64,000 nucleotides of DNA, from positions 1 to 64,000 of IMG/VR virus record IMGVR_UViG_3300046780_000888, one strand, 5' to 3'. The notes under the pieces were generated by a model. It worked only from the letters and a program-made list of their open reading frames with translations. It made no database searches and was not told the origin of the DNA. Made by a program: the position numbers and the translations under genes. Positions 30,805 to 40,658 of the stretch are shown piece by piece. Within the stretch, counting starts at the first letter, position 1. Each line of letters opens with the position of its first letter. This DNA is from a virus (lineage: Duplodnaviria; Caudoviricetes).

Positions 30805-30807
30805 ACG

Positions 30808-31344
30808 ATGCCCGAGCCGACCCAAATGCAGACGACCGAACCAGAGGGTGATGACGTGGACACGGAGGCAGAGTTTCGGTCGCTCTGGACTGACGCCGAC
30901 GAGGGCCGCGCTCGATTCGAGTCGCTAGCGAAGGCAGCCGACACGGCGGGACAGGCGGACATCGCGAAGGTCTATCGCGAGGTTGCCGGCACGGTCATGA
31001 CGCTGATGGCAGATCTCGCCGCAGCGACCGGAGGGGCGATCTCTCACGTCGAAGCAGAGCTCGACGAGATGCCTGCGGGCGGAGCCGCCGACGGCTCGCA
31101 GCTCTTGCCGGAAGATGCGGAGAAGTACCTGCAGCTATTCGAGCAGTACATCCGATTGCTGGATGGTCTCGAGCAGGTAGTCCCGTCGGGAACGGAGGGG
31201 GACACGCAGCGCGAGATCTTCGCGACCTTGCGGCGTCTGACGGAAGGCATGAGCGAATTCACTCGTTCGATCACCCTGCTGGACGACGATGACGATGATG
31301 ACGACGAGCCGGAGGACGATCCGGAAGAAACCCCGGACGCATGA
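30808..31344 (+). CDS. Acidic helical hypothetical protein
   Basis: AAGGAG RBS; poly-Asp C-terminus. Confidence 0.7.
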   Translation: MPEPTQMQTTEPEGDDVDTEAEFRSLWTDADEGRARFESLAKAADTAGQADIAKVYREVAGTVMTLMADLAAATGGAISHVEAELDEMPAGGAADGSQLLPEDAEKYLQLFEQYIRLLDGLEQVVPSGTEGDTQREIFATLRRLTEGMSEFTRSITLLDDDDDDDDEPEDDPEETPDA

Positions 31345-33884
31345 GCGAGGTCGCCCAAGAGCCCGCGGCTACGGCGCAGATCGATCGGCAGCTTCTCGCT
31401 GAGTCGAGATTGTACGACGTGCCCTACAAGGCCTACGCGGAGATGACCCCGCGGATGCGTGGAGCGGTGAAGGGCCGATGGGTGGCGGCGCTCCGGCTCG
31501 AGGCGAAGCGCCGCGGCATCGATCCGGATGAGTTCGTTGCAATGGACGAAGAGGGGCGGGCGCGGGCCCGAGAGGAGAACCCGGAACGCCCGAAGCCCGC
31601 CTCGCGGCGAGAGAGTTCGGGCACGATCCGATCGTTCGAGGAGGTGATGAGTCGCCATCCTGACCCTTCGGAGAAACGCGCGCCACGCGCCGTTGAGGTC
31701 GCCCCCGTGTACGACCAGGGACTGACGGATGGAGATCCGGACGATGGCGAGCCGCACTCACCCATGAACGAGGTGCCGCCAACGGAGGGCGACCCGAGGA
31801 TGCGCGATCGCGCGACGCTTGGTGAAGTGCGGCCTACTGACAACGAAGATCTCGCTGGCTGGAAGCAACCGCGGAATCTGCTCGACGTGTACGCTCGCTA
31901 CTCCGTCGGAGACGGGCAGCACTTCGTGCGAGTCGAGCGCGTCGAGCCGAAGGTGTGGCAAGGGATCCCGTGCTCTGGTTACCTGGGCGAGATCCGTCTT
32001 CCGATCACCGAGGTCGAGTTTCAGGCCTGGTATGGCGGACGCGTCTATCAGCTCACCGTCTACGGCCCCGATCCTCGGGGACGCCGCGATCCGACAACGG
32101 GCTTGCCTGTGATCAAGGCCAAGACCGAACCGTTTCGATACATAGTCCCTGTGCAGCCGAACCTGGCGCTGCGACCGGGCATCAATCCGAGCAAACAACC
32201 GCATGGAGAGCGCCCGATGATGCAGAGCCCATTTGGATTCCCAACGAGCGCTCCGGCAACGCCGGCCGACGCTTCGATGCACAAGACGACCATCGACTTT
32301 CTGGCGAGCACGCTGAACAACGCGCAAGCGGAGATGCGGCGTCTGCGCGACGAGCAGAGTAATGCCAACCGGCCAGACAAGGATGTCCTTTCGATCGTTA
32401 CCGGGGCGAACGACAAAGCTCTCGAGCAGGCCACGCAGGCAGCTGCGAAGAGGGAGGAGGCTCTCCAAGAGCAGCTCCGCGAATCGCGCGAGAACATGAA
32501 GCGGCTCGAGGCGCGACTCGAGAAAGAGGCGGAAGAACGCCGGCAGCAGCCCGCTCGCAGCGCGGCTCAGGAAACGAAGGAGCTGCTCCAGGTCGTTCAG
32601 CCAGGAAAGAACGCCGAGGAAGAGCTTGCGCGCCTCAGGAGCTCGTTCAGGGAGGATATGGACCGCGCACTCAGTGCGCACAAGGAGGAATGCAACAGGA
32701 TTCGCGAGTCGCACAAGGAGTCGATGGCTGCTCTGAAGGAGCGGCAAGAAGACGAGATGAAGCGGACGAAGGAGCGACTCGAAGACAGCGAGCGCCGCGC
32801 CCGCGAGCGCGAGACCGATCTCGATCGCAGTAAGCGCGAGCAGGAGGCAGAGCTCCGGCGACAGATGGACCAGGTTCGGTCGGACGAGCGCGCCGCGGCA
32901 ACGGCGCGCGTTCAGGAAACGGTGGCGCGCTTCGAGGAGCGGATCAAGGACATGAAGGATTCGCATGCGCGCGAGCTCCGGATGCAGGGGGAGCAGCACG
33001 CGACGCGCATCGACACGACGAAGAGTAATCTCGACATGCAGCTCGCCGCCGCCAAAGAGCGAGTGACGAAGCTCGAGGAAGAGCTCGAACAAGCTCGAGA
33101 GGAAGCGGAGACGGCCAAGGATCCGGTGGCCGTCATCAAGAAAGCGGAGGCCACCGCCGAAGCGATGGGCTTCAAGAAGGAAGATAACGGCCCCATCACT
33201 GCCTGGGAGCGCTTCGCTGCGATGAGCGGCACTGGGCTCGCCAAGGCGCTCGAGACGATCGATCAGTGGTTGCCGAGAGCGATGGAGGCGCGAGCGCAGC
33301 GCCCGGCGTTGCCGGCGGGGCCGCCCCCGCGGCAGCTCGCTCAGGGGGCACCGGCTCAGGACCCGCGGGTCATCCGGCAACCGAGCAGGCGTTCGGTGTC
33401 CTTCGCAACGCAGGGCTCCGTTCCGGTCGCGGGGCATCATCCGACGATCCCGCCGTCGTCGCAGGCTCCGTTCGCTCCTGCGCCTCCGCCCGTTCAGGCG
33501 GCGCCGCCTCAAGCCGCGCCGCAACCCCAGCCTCCCGAGCCGACGCCGCAGCAGCAGCCTGTTCCGACGAACGGGCAGTCCCTCGGCGGAGCGGTTCCCG
33601 ACGAAGCAATCGCGGCGTTCAGAGCGGAGGTGGAGCGATCGATCAACGGCAGCTTCCCAGCGGAGATCTTCGCGCAGCAGTTCGTCGAGGCGTACCCGGA
33701 GCCGAGTCGTGCCCTGGTGACGATGTACAAGCCGGAGAACTTCATCGAGCTCGTGCGAGCGATGCCGGGCGGAGCGGAATCAGTGATCTTGCGGCGTGAT
33801 GGGAAGAAGTGGGTCGAGAAACTGTGGCAGCAGATCGTGGCGCAGCATCAGGCGATTGCTGCACCGCAGCCGTCGCCGTCATGA
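31341..33884 (+). CDS. Large coiled-coil protein with Pro-rich linker (possible assembly/scaffold factor)
   Basis: 847 aa; long E/R/K heptad region, Pro/Gln-rich segment, helical C-domain. Confidence 0.75.
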   Translation: MSEVAQEPAATAQIDRQLLAESRLYDVPYKAYAEMTPRMRGAVKGRWVAALRLEAKRRGIDPDEFVAMDEEGRARAREENPERPKPASRRESSGTIRSFEEVMSRHPDPSEKRAPRAVEVAPVYDQGLTDGDPDDGEPHSPMNEVPPTEGDPRMRDRATLGEVRPTDNEDLAGWKQPRNLLDVYARYSVGDGQHFVRVERVEPKVWQGIPCSGYLGEIRLPITEVEFQAWYGGRVYQLTVYGPDPRGRRDPTTGLPVIKAKTEPFRYIVPVQPNLALRPGINPSKQPHGERPMMQSPFGFPTSAPATPADASMHKTTIDFLASTLNNAQAEMRRLRDEQSNANRPDKDVLSIVTGANDKALEQATQAAAKREEALQEQLRESRENMKRLEARLEKEAEERRQQPARSAAQETKELLQVVQPGKNAEEELARLRSSFREDMDRALSAHKEECNRIRESHKESMAALKERQEDEMKRTKERLEDSERRARERETDLDRSKREQEAELRRQMDQVRSDERAAATARVQETVARFEERIKDMKDSHARELRMQGEQHATRIDTTKSNLDMQLAAAKERVTKLEEELEQAREEAETAKDPVAVIKKAEATAEAMGFKKEDNGPITAWERFAAMSGTGLAKALETIDQWLPRAMEARAQRPALPAGPPPRQLAQGAPAQDPRVIRQPSRRSVSFATQGSVPVAGHHPTIPPSSQAPFAPAPPPVQAAPPQAAPQPQPPEPTPQQQPVPTNGQSLGGAVPDEAIAAFRAEVERSINGSFPAEIFAQQFVEAYPEPSRALVTMYKPENFIELVRAMPGGAESVILRRDGKKWVEKLWQQIVAQHQAIAAPQPSPS

Positions 33885-34072
33885 AAGGAAAACCCCGACT
33901 TTAGTCCCGGTGAAGCGCTTTCCCTGCCCGGGTGCAGGGTCGAAAGGCGTCCCTGAGGAATAACCAAAAACTCAGGGACTCCCGCGCGACGAGCGGCTTC
34001 TGCATCGTGACCGCGAGGCCTGGTACTCACGATACTTGATTGCTCCCCGTGCTGCCAGGTAGACTGGCTCTC

Positions 34073-34552
34073 ATGTTCCACGGCACCGGACTCGGACGAG
34101 GCGGCGGAGGTGGAGGCCACGGCGGTGGCGGCGGGCATCACGGTGGAGGCGGAGGGGGCCACCACGGTGGCGGGGGTGGCGGACACCGTGGCGGAGGAGG
34201 CCGCCGCGGGGGCGGCACGGTCGTAGTTCAGGGAGGAGGCTGGGGTCCCGGGTGGTACGGAGGCGACGCCTCGTACCCGTACCCGTACCCGTACCCGGTC
34301 GTGGTCGAACCAGACTGCCCGGTGATCGATACCTACGGCAACTGCGTCTGTCAGCTCGTCGACAACAGCGGTCGCTGCGTTGCTGGGCTCGGTGACGACG
34401 CGGCGGCGCCGCCGCCGGCGCCGCTCGAGGCCGCGGCGACCGGCGCGTCGTCCACGACGTGGATCACCGGCGGTCTCATCATCCTTATCGCGTTCGGGGT
34501 GATGGCGCTTGACAAGAAGGGCCCAGCTCCGATTCGGAGCCGAGCGGCCTAG
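34073..34552 (+). CDS. Gly/His-rich tail-anchored membrane protein
   Basis: GGGHHGGG repeats, YPYPYPYP, Cys cluster, AGLGDD, C-terminal TM helix. Confidence 0.7.
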   Translation: MFHGTGLGRGGGGGGHGGGGGHHGGGGGGHHGGGGGGHRGGGGRRGGGTVVVQGGGWGPGWYGGDASYPYPYPYPVVVEPDCPVIDTYGNCVCQLVDNSGRCVAGLGDDAAAPPPAPLEAAATGASSTTWITGGLIILIAFGVMALDKKGPAPIRSRAA

Positions 34553-34554
34553 GG

Positions 34555-34680
34555 TTACCGCGGAAAAATCTTCAGCGCTGCGCAGAGGATTGCCACGACG
34601 GCGAGCCCAGTCGAGATCCAGTTGCCCTTGGATTGGACGATGATGGCGGTGCCGAGAAAAACCGTAATGACGAGGAGCAT
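34555..34680 (-). CDS. Possible small two-TM protein on the antisense strand
   Basis: MLLVITVFLGTAIIVQSKGNWISTGLAVVAILCAALKIFPR fills an otherwise empty gap. Confidence 0.4.
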   Translation of the reverse strand: MLLVITVFLGTAIIVQSKGNWISTGLAVVAILCAALKIFPR

Positions 34681-34794
34681 CCCGGTACTGTAGCGCCTTT
34701 TCGGCCAAGAAAACCGAGCGCTTGAGTTACTGGGCCACCGCAAGTACAGTTCCCAGTGCAGGGCGCTTCCCGACCCCCGGCTCGGGATTCGTCT

Positions 34795-35349
34795 ATGCTC
34801 GCCGCCAACCCCCCGCACGTCACTTCCGGGTTTCAAGGTCACCCGGACACGCTGCGTACCATGGTGCGACAGGCGCAGGGGCCGCGAGGAGAGCAGAGCT
34901 TGCTCGTTCGCCGCATGACCGAAGAGGTCATCCGCCGAGTGCAGCCGAAGGACTACCTCGGAGAGATCCTCGCTCTACGGTATTGGGTCACCGAGAAGGT
35001 GCGGTACACGAACGATCCTCTCCACGTCGAACTCGTGCGTGATCCGGAAGCGCTCGTCGAAGAGATCGATCAGCACGGAGTCGTCACGGCGGACTGCGAC
35101 GAAAGCGCAGAGCTCATCGCCACGATGGCACTTCAGCTCGGTCGCGTCGCCGAGTACGTGGTCGTCGGGTTCGGTGAGCCTGGACAGTACAGCCACGTCT
35201 TCGCTCGAGTGCAGGAGCCGCGCACTGGAAAATGGATCGTGACGGATAACGTCGCGGGTTCGGACGAGCGGGGCATGCTCGATCGGGTGACGACGTTCTA
35301 CACGGTGAGCCTCGATGAGCCTCCGGGAGCGATGAGAAACATCACATGA
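34795..35349 (+). CDS. Transglutaminase-fold cysteine protease (candidate maturation protease)
   Basis: VRYTNDP..VELV..P, ADCDE (Cys), YSHVF (His), WIVTD (Asp). Confidence 0.8.
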   Translation: MLAANPPHVTSGFQGHPDTLRTMVRQAQGPRGEQSLLVRRMTEEVIRRVQPKDYLGEILALRYWVTEKVRYTNDPLHVELVRDPEALVEEIDQHGVVTADCDESAELIATMALQLGRVAEYVVVGFGEPGQYSHVFARVQEPRTGKWIVTDNVAGSDERGMLDRVTTFYTVSLDEPPGAMRNIT

Positions 35350-36050
35350 GCGCACGCTACCGAAATCGCCGTCCACCGTACCCAGTGTACGCATCGCAAC
35401 CGATGTTCGGCGGCGATCTTCCGACCATCGACGAGATCGGGCCGCCAGATATGCGGGCGAGCGGGTTGAACCCGTACTACGACCTCAATAGCGGCGCGCA
35501 CGGCCGCAACTTCGCGGGCCTTGGAGGCAACATGCAGAGCGCTGACGTCGGCATCCAGAACTACCCCAACGAGCTCGACCTTCTCGCCGCGGCGGACGAC
35601 GTGCAGGGCAATGGCGTCTTCGACCCGGCAGGGACGCAAGGCAACATCCATCCGGACTACGGGGTGTTCGCGGATCACGAGAACCTCCCCGGGTACCTCG
35701 TCCGCGATCAGATGTATCAACCGAGCCAGGTCATCGACGGCACGACGGGCGAGCCGGTGCTCTACGTTCCGGGCGGCGCCGTCGCGATCGACCAGAGTCA
35801 GTTCGATACCATCCGCGCCCGCCAGCTCCTGTGGGAGCTCCCGCCCGGAGTAAGCCCCGAGCCGACGCAGGAGCCGAACGACGGAGAGACCTGGATCCCG
35901 AACGAGGATTCGTGGGCGGTCAACGGGCTCGGCGACGAGGCCATTGCGGCGCCGTCTGGCGGCACGTCCTCGAGAACGGGGCTCATCGCGGGCTTTGCCA
36001 TCGTCGGGCTCTCGATCGGCATCTTGGCCGCGACGCTGATGAAGAAGTAG
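35346..36050 (+). CDS. Tail-anchored virion membrane protein
   Basis: AGLGG and NGLGDE motifs; C-terminal TM helix plus KK. Confidence 0.7.
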   Translation: MSARYRNRRPPYPVYASQPMFGGDLPTIDEIGPPDMRASGLNPYYDLNSGAHGRNFAGLGGNMQSADVGIQNYPNELDLLAAADDVQGNGVFDPAGTQGNIHPDYGVFADHENLPGYLVRDQMYQPSQVIDGTTGEPVLYVPGGAVAIDQSQFDTIRARQLLWELPPGVSPEPTQEPNDGETWIPNEDSWAVNGLGDEAIAAPSGGTSSRTGLIAGFAIVGLSIGILAATLMKK

Positions 36051-36064
36051 GAGAGGCTCCCATC

Positions 36065-36466
36065 ATGGATCGCATGCAGGACTTTCGGACCATTCTTCCC
36101 ACGTTCAATACCATCGGCCCTTCGTCTGACGACGCGCCGATGTTCCCGAACAGAGAGGGGATCGGGAAGCTTCGGTTGTTCGCTCTGTCGCCCGTTGTCT
36201 CCGCAATGCGTGGGCTCGGCGACGATCCGGTGATCCCGGGCGCTCCCGCCACCCCGCTTATCGGTCGAGCGAGCGGCACCGACGTCGTCTGGGCGATGGT
36301 GATCCTTGGGCTCGTGGGAGCGGCGTCCTACCAGGCCGGCAAGGCCATCGCGCCGTCACACGACGCGCGGTCGACGTGGGGCTGGATCGGAGTTCCGGTC
36401 GGCCTCTTCACCGGCGTTCTCGGGCTTGGCATCATGGGCTACGTCGCCAACGGAAAGAAGGCCTGA
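36065..36466 (+). CDS. Membrane protein
   Basis: MRGLGDD followed by two TM helices and GKKA. Confidence 0.7.
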   Translation: MDRMQDFRTILPTFNTIGPSSDDAPMFPNREGIGKLRLFALSPVVSAMRGLGDDPVIPGAPATPLIGRASGTDVVWAMVILGLVGAASYQAGKAIAPSHDARSTWGWIGVPVGLFTGVLGLGIMGYVANGKKA

Positions 36467-36469
36467 TCG

Positions 36470-36826
36470 ATGGGCTGCGGATGCAACAACGGAGGAGGAA
36501 CCGGCATGCGAGGCCTTGGTCTGTCCATGAACACGTACAACGGCCCCGTTCCTCCCGGCGTGCCGAATCCGTTCACCGTGATGCTGCACAGCTACCCGAC
36601 GCGGTACCACGGGCCGATCTACACGCGTCCGATGTACGATCTGCCATGGGCGGAGCGCCCGAACGACTTCGGTCTCGAGCCGCAGATGAACGGCCTCGGG
36701 ATCGAACCGGCGGACGTCACGATCAAGCCGATGGAGCCCTGGAAGGTTGCCGTGGGCATCGCGGCGGCCATCGGCATCGTCTACGTCGCCATGCAAATGG
36801 GAGGGCCGCACCGTGTACGTGCGTGA
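36470..36826 (+). CDS. Tail-anchored membrane protein
   Basis: MGCGC start, MRGLG and MNGLG motifs, C-terminal TM helix. Confidence 0.7.
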   Translation: MGCGCNNGGGTGMRGLGLSMNTYNGPVPPGVPNPFTVMLHSYPTRYHGPIYTRPMYDLPWAERPNDFGLEPQMNGLGIEPADVTIKPMEPWKVAVGIAAAIGIVYVAMQMGGPHRVRA

Positions 36827-37157
36827 CGGACAGAGAATGCCGGAGCCCGAGGAGGGCGCCGCGTTTTTCGAGCCGATTCGGTTCGATGTCGGCATGGTTC
36901 CGCCCCGCACGATGGGGCTCGAGACCGGGATGCTGACGCGCGGATACAATCTCCGCGGGCTCGGTCAGTTCATGGCGGACTCGGCCGCCTCGGAGCCATC
37001 GCCGGCCCCGGCCCCTTCCGCGCCCTCTTCGGTTCCGGTCGTGGCCTCAGCCGTGCCGCCGAGCACGAGTCCGTCTGCCGATCACGTTCCGTGGCTCTTC
37101 GGCATCGGAGCTGCGATCGGCGGCTTCATCTTGTTCAGCAGGAAGCGGAAAAGGTAA
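36813..37157 (+). CDS. Tail-anchored membrane protein
   Basis: LRGLGQ, Pro/Ser linker, TM helix plus RKRKR; start uncertain. Confidence 0.65.
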   Translation: MYVRDGQRMPEPEEGAAFFEPIRFDVGMVPPRTMGLETGMLTRGYNLRGLGQFMADSAASEPSPAPAPSAPSSVPVVASAVPPSTSPSADHVPWLFGIGAAIGGFILFSRKRKR

Positions 37158-37669
37158 TGGACGTTCAAACTCGCGAAGGCATCTTTGGCGGAGGCGCGTA
37201 CGGCGGCGGCGTGTTCGACGGATCGAACATGGGCTTCGGCGCGCTCGGGGGCCTCGGTGTGTTCCCGCCTCCGAGCAAATACCCCGCAGGGTACCCCTCG
37301 CCGACCTACACGGCGAAGGCCGGCGAGACGGGGACCACGATCGCTCGCGACATCACCGGGAACGGGAACCGGTGGACCGAACTCGTTACGGCGAACCCGG
37401 AGACGAAGGACGCGACCATCGGGATGCGGTTCAATCCAGGAAAATCGCTGAAGCTACCCACGTCATGGGTGGCCGCCGCGGGCGTGACGGCGACTCCGGA
37501 CAGCCCGACGAGCATCGCGCCCGCTCCGGGTACAGCAGCAAGCGCGACAGCTGTTACGTCTACGTCGGCCTCGTCGCCGGCAGAATCCGGTATGTCGACC
37601 GGCATGGTCGTCGCAGGTCTCGTTGGTGTGGCGGTGATCGCCGGCATCTTCATCATGAGGAACAAGTAA
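37157..37669 (+). CDS. LysM-domain tail-anchored protein
   Basis: YTAKAGETGTTIARDITGNGNRWTELVTANP...PGKSLKLP (LysM); TM helix plus RNK. Confidence 0.8.
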   Translation: MDVQTREGIFGGGAYGGGVFDGSNMGFGALGGLGVFPPPSKYPAGYPSPTYTAKAGETGTTIARDITGNGNRWTELVTANPETKDATIGMRFNPGKSLKLPTSWVAAAGVTATPDSPTSIAPAPGTAASATAVTSTSASSPAESGMSTGMVVAGLVGVAVIAGIFIMRNK

Positions 37670-37670
37670 G

Positions 37671-38417
37671 ATGTACTCAGGAGTAGGATTCAGTGGGCAG
37701 AGCGGTCTCGGCGGCGACGCGTGGCAATGGATGTCATCGACGCCAGATCCGCTTTTGGTTCGTTTCCAGAAGGCGCTGAACACGGAGCTCACGAAGCGAG
37801 GGTTCAAGCCGATTGCGACCGACGGGAAGATGGGTCCTGGGACCTGTGGTGCGTGGGCGTGGCTTGGAACGCTTCACGATGTCGATTTCTCCGCCAATCC
37901 GGATCTGAATCTCGAGAGTTACTTCGTAAGCGGGGACGGAGATAACGCCTCGCAGACGAACCCATGCAAGGGGTTCACGTATCCGACGAAGGTCGGCGGC
38001 GGCGTGTACACCCCGCCCTCGACGTTCTCTGATCAGCTCCCCTGGTGCTCGCACGACAGCCGGGTGGCTGCGGTGCAGCTCAATGTGAATGAGCAGCTCG
38101 ACGCCCACGGGTACGAAACGGGGCCGACAGATGGAATGATGTGCGAGGAGACGTGCGGCGGGATGAAGCTCGCGTCCGATCTCTGGGGCGTCAACTTCAT
38201 GTCTGCGTACGGGCAGAACTGCAAGAGCTTCGCGACGCCAGCGAAAAAAGCGGTAGCTGCGCCTCCCCCTGTGTCCACCCTCGCGCCTTCGACGACTCCG
38301 GTCACCTCGTCGTTCCCAACGAAGAAGACCGGTTCGAGCCAGGCGTGGATGGTGGGTGGCCTCATCGGCGCTGCGGCGCTTGCCGGGCTTTACGCCGCGA
38401 CGAAGAAAAAGAAGTAA
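37671..38417 (+). CDS. Protein with two peptidoglycan-binding-like domains, tail-anchored
   Basis: FQKALN..L...G...IATDGKMGPGTCGA, a second similar unit, TM helix plus KKKK. Confidence 0.7.
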   Translation: MYSGVGFSGQSGLGGDAWQWMSSTPDPLLVRFQKALNTELTKRGFKPIATDGKMGPGTCGAWAWLGTLHDVDFSANPDLNLESYFVSGDGDNASQTNPCKGFTYPTKVGGGVYTPPSTFSDQLPWCSHDSRVAAVQLNVNEQLDAHGYETGPTDGMMCEETCGGMKLASDLWGVNFMSAYGQNCKSFATPAKKAVAAPPPVSTLAPSTTPVTSSFPTKKTGSSQAWMVGGLIGAAALAGLYAATKKKK

Positions 38418-38423
38418 CGGTTC

Positions 38424-39050
38424 ATGCAGAACTACGGCAACATCGCGTACGACGATTTCTCCCACTTGAACGCCCAGTGGCAACAGGAGCGCCCTCCCAT
38501 GGCAGGACTAGGAGCAGCATACGGTCAGCATCAGTACAGGGATGTGTCGTACCTGAACGCACGCCTTCGTCCGATTCTGCCTGCGCAGGTAGGTCTGAGC
38601 CCGGACGGCATGGGCCTCTCGGGCGGCAGCTTGATGGGCAACAGCCTCGGCATCAGCACTGGCGATTTTACCAAAGCGCAGGTGATGGAGACGCAGGACA
38701 TCCTGAACGGCGCCCTCATCCAGGCCGGGTACGTACCGATCAAGGTGGATGGAGATCTCGGCCCCGCTACCTGCGGCGCGATCAACTGGTACCGAGAGAA
38801 CATTCATGCCGAGGGCGGCGAGTCCTTCATGTCGGCGTGCTCGACGGTTGCGGCGAAGCCCCCAACGAAGGCATCGGGCGGCACGGCGCCCTCATCCGTC
38901 GCAACGCGGTCCCCCTCGACGGGCGTGCGGCCCGTGACGTCCAGCGTGTTCGGCTCGGGCGGAGGGACCAACTGGATGCTCTGGGGAGGAGCGATCGCGG
39001 CCGTCGCGGTCGGTGGAGCGCTGATCTTCCGCGCATCGAAGAAGAGGTAA
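38424..39050 (+). CDS. Peptidoglycan-binding-like tail-anchored protein
   Basis: TQDILN..L..AGY.PIKVDGDLGPATCGAI; TM helix plus KKR. Confidence 0.7.
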   Translation: MQNYGNIAYDDFSHLNAQWQQERPPMAGLGAAYGQHQYRDVSYLNARLRPILPAQVGLSPDGMGLSGGSLMGNSLGISTGDFTKAQVMETQDILNGALIQAGYVPIKVDGDLGPATCGAINWYRENIHAEGGESFMSACSTVAAKPPTKASGGTAPSSVATRSPSTGVRPVTSSVFGSGGGTNWMLWGGAIAAVAVGGALIFRASKKR

Positions 39051-39057
39051 TTCCGGA

Positions 39058-39423
39058 ATGCCTACGGCCATCCAGCAGGTCCAGCAGCGTCTTGGCGTCC
39101 AGCAAAGTGGGCACTGGGACTCGGCGACGGACGGAGCGCTCATCGCCTACCAGCAGGCGGCGAAGGGCGCGTACGCCATGGACCCGAATGGCCATCCGGA
39201 TCCCGCGACGCTGGTGAACCTCGGGTACTACACGCCGGGGGATCTCTTCACGCAAGAGTGGTCGGACTACCTCACCGGGGGTGCGAAGCCCGGTCACTTT
39301 GGTCGGGACCTTCGATCTGCAATCGATCAAGTGCCCCGCTGGGCCTGGGGGACGCTCGCTGCCGGATTCGGGATCTTCGCCTACATGGCGTGGCGCACGG
39401 ACAAGAAGCGCGCGAAAGGCTGA
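39058..39423 (+). CDS. Peptidoglycan-binding-like tail-anchored protein
   Basis: IQQVQQRLGVQQSGHWDSATDGALIAYQ...G.PDPATL..LG; TM helix plus basic tail. Confidence 0.7.
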   Translation: MPTAIQQVQQRLGVQQSGHWDSATDGALIAYQQAAKGAYAMDPNGHPDPATLVNLGYYTPGDLFTQEWSDYLTGGAKPGHFGRDLRSAIDQVPRWAWGTLAAGFGIFAYMAWRTDKKRAKG

Positions 39424-39429
39424 GCCGCG

Positions 39430-40320
39430 ATGATCGACTACCTTGCCGGTATGTACGCGGATCTCGTCGAGACGCCCGGGATCCCATGGGATGGCCTGAC
39501 GGCGCAAGGGCACGCGATCACCGACAACGGCTACGACGCGGCCTACATGGACATCATGCTCCAGGAGGGCGCAAAGTTCTTCGGTGTTCTCGGTACGATG
39601 AGCCAAGAGTTTCGCGACAAATACACCAACCTGCGAGCGAACGAAGCGAAGGCTGCGATGACGCAGCTCATGGCGCTCATCGATCAAACAGGTGCCGACG
39701 TGTGGACCGCAGTGAAACACGGAGACTGGTCCTCCGCCACCCACTTTCCTCGAGCGGTCTCAGTCGATGCGCTCGCCTCCATGGCGGCGTCGGCCGTTAA
39801 CGGGGCGTACCTACACTACGATGGGGTCGTCGAGGCGGCGATACTCGCCGGGAAGCTCACGCCCGAGGAAGCCCAGGCGCACGCGCAGTCGCTCGTGCAG
39901 ACGTTTCAGACGTTCGTGACCCTTGACAAGAACGGCCACCTCGATCAGTTCAAGACGAGTCCGCCAGTCGCCGGAATGGGAGGGCCTGAGCTGCTCGCAG
40001 GCTGGGCGCTCGTCGCGCTCGGGGTAACCCTCGTGCTCGGGATCTGTTACCTCGTCTACGTCTTCAAGATTGCGGCTCCTATCCAGCAGAAGATCATCGA
40101 GTACTGTGACAAGATGAGCAAGAGCGGGAACCCCGACGACACGCGGGCCTGCGTGCAGTCGCTCGAGAGCATGCAGAAGAACGGAAACGCGGATCTCGCG
40201 TCGTTCATGGGGACCATTCTCAAACCAGTGATCATCGTCGCTGCTGTAGGCGCCGCGGCGTATCTCGGGTTTCTGTTCCTTCCTGGGCTTCTCAAGGGGA
40301 GTCGGAAGGCGGTCGCGTGA
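39430..40320 (+). CDS. Membrane protein (two TM helices)
   Basis: AGMGGPE precedes the first TM helix; C-terminal TM helix. Confidence 0.7.
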   Translation: MIDYLAGMYADLVETPGIPWDGLTAQGHAITDNGYDAAYMDIMLQEGAKFFGVLGTMSQEFRDKYTNLRANEAKAAMTQLMALIDQTGADVWTAVKHGDWSSATHFPRAVSVDALASMAASAVNGAYLHYDGVVEAAILAGKLTPEEAQAHAQSLVQTFQTFVTLDKNGHLDQFKTSPPVAGMGGPELLAGWALVALGVTLVLGICYLVYVFKIAAPIQQKIIEYCDKMSKSGNPDDTRACVQSLESMQKNGNADLASFMGTILKPVIIVAAVGAAAYLGFLFLPGLLKGSRKAVA

Positions 40321-40658
40321 TCTATTCCGAGTGGAAGCCTGACACTGGCGGCTTCATCTATTACGAGGCCAACGAGGCGCAGAACATCAACGACGATCTG
40401 CCGGCGCCGGAGTTGCGTGCGGCCTCGAAGATCGGAGTTCCGTCGATCGAGGCGGGCCGTCCCCTTCCGTCCGGCGCGAGGGTCGTCGGCGAAGGAGACG
40501 TGGCCGTCGGGATGATCGCTCCGGTGAATCCATCACGGATCGTCCGCCGCACCCGGTCTCTTGCTGGGGTGGCCGAGGCGATGCAGATGCAATCGGTCTG
40601 GGTCGGTATTGGAGCTGCGACGATCCTCGTCTGGTGGGTGTGGAAGAGCAACCGCTGA
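40317..40658 (+). CDS. Tail-anchored membrane protein
   Basis: C-terminal VWVGIGAATILVWWVWKSNR. Confidence 0.7.
   Translation: MIYSEWKPDTGGFIYYEANEAQNINDDLPAPELRAASKIGVPSIEAGRPLPSGARVVGEGDVAVGMIAPVNPSRIVRRTRSLAGVAEAMQMQSVWVGIGAATILVWWVWKSNR

Noticed and set aside
31341-33884. Tape measure or SMC protein
   Set aside because: No Walker motifs, no tail-gene context and no tape-measure repeats; it is only a generic coiled coil.
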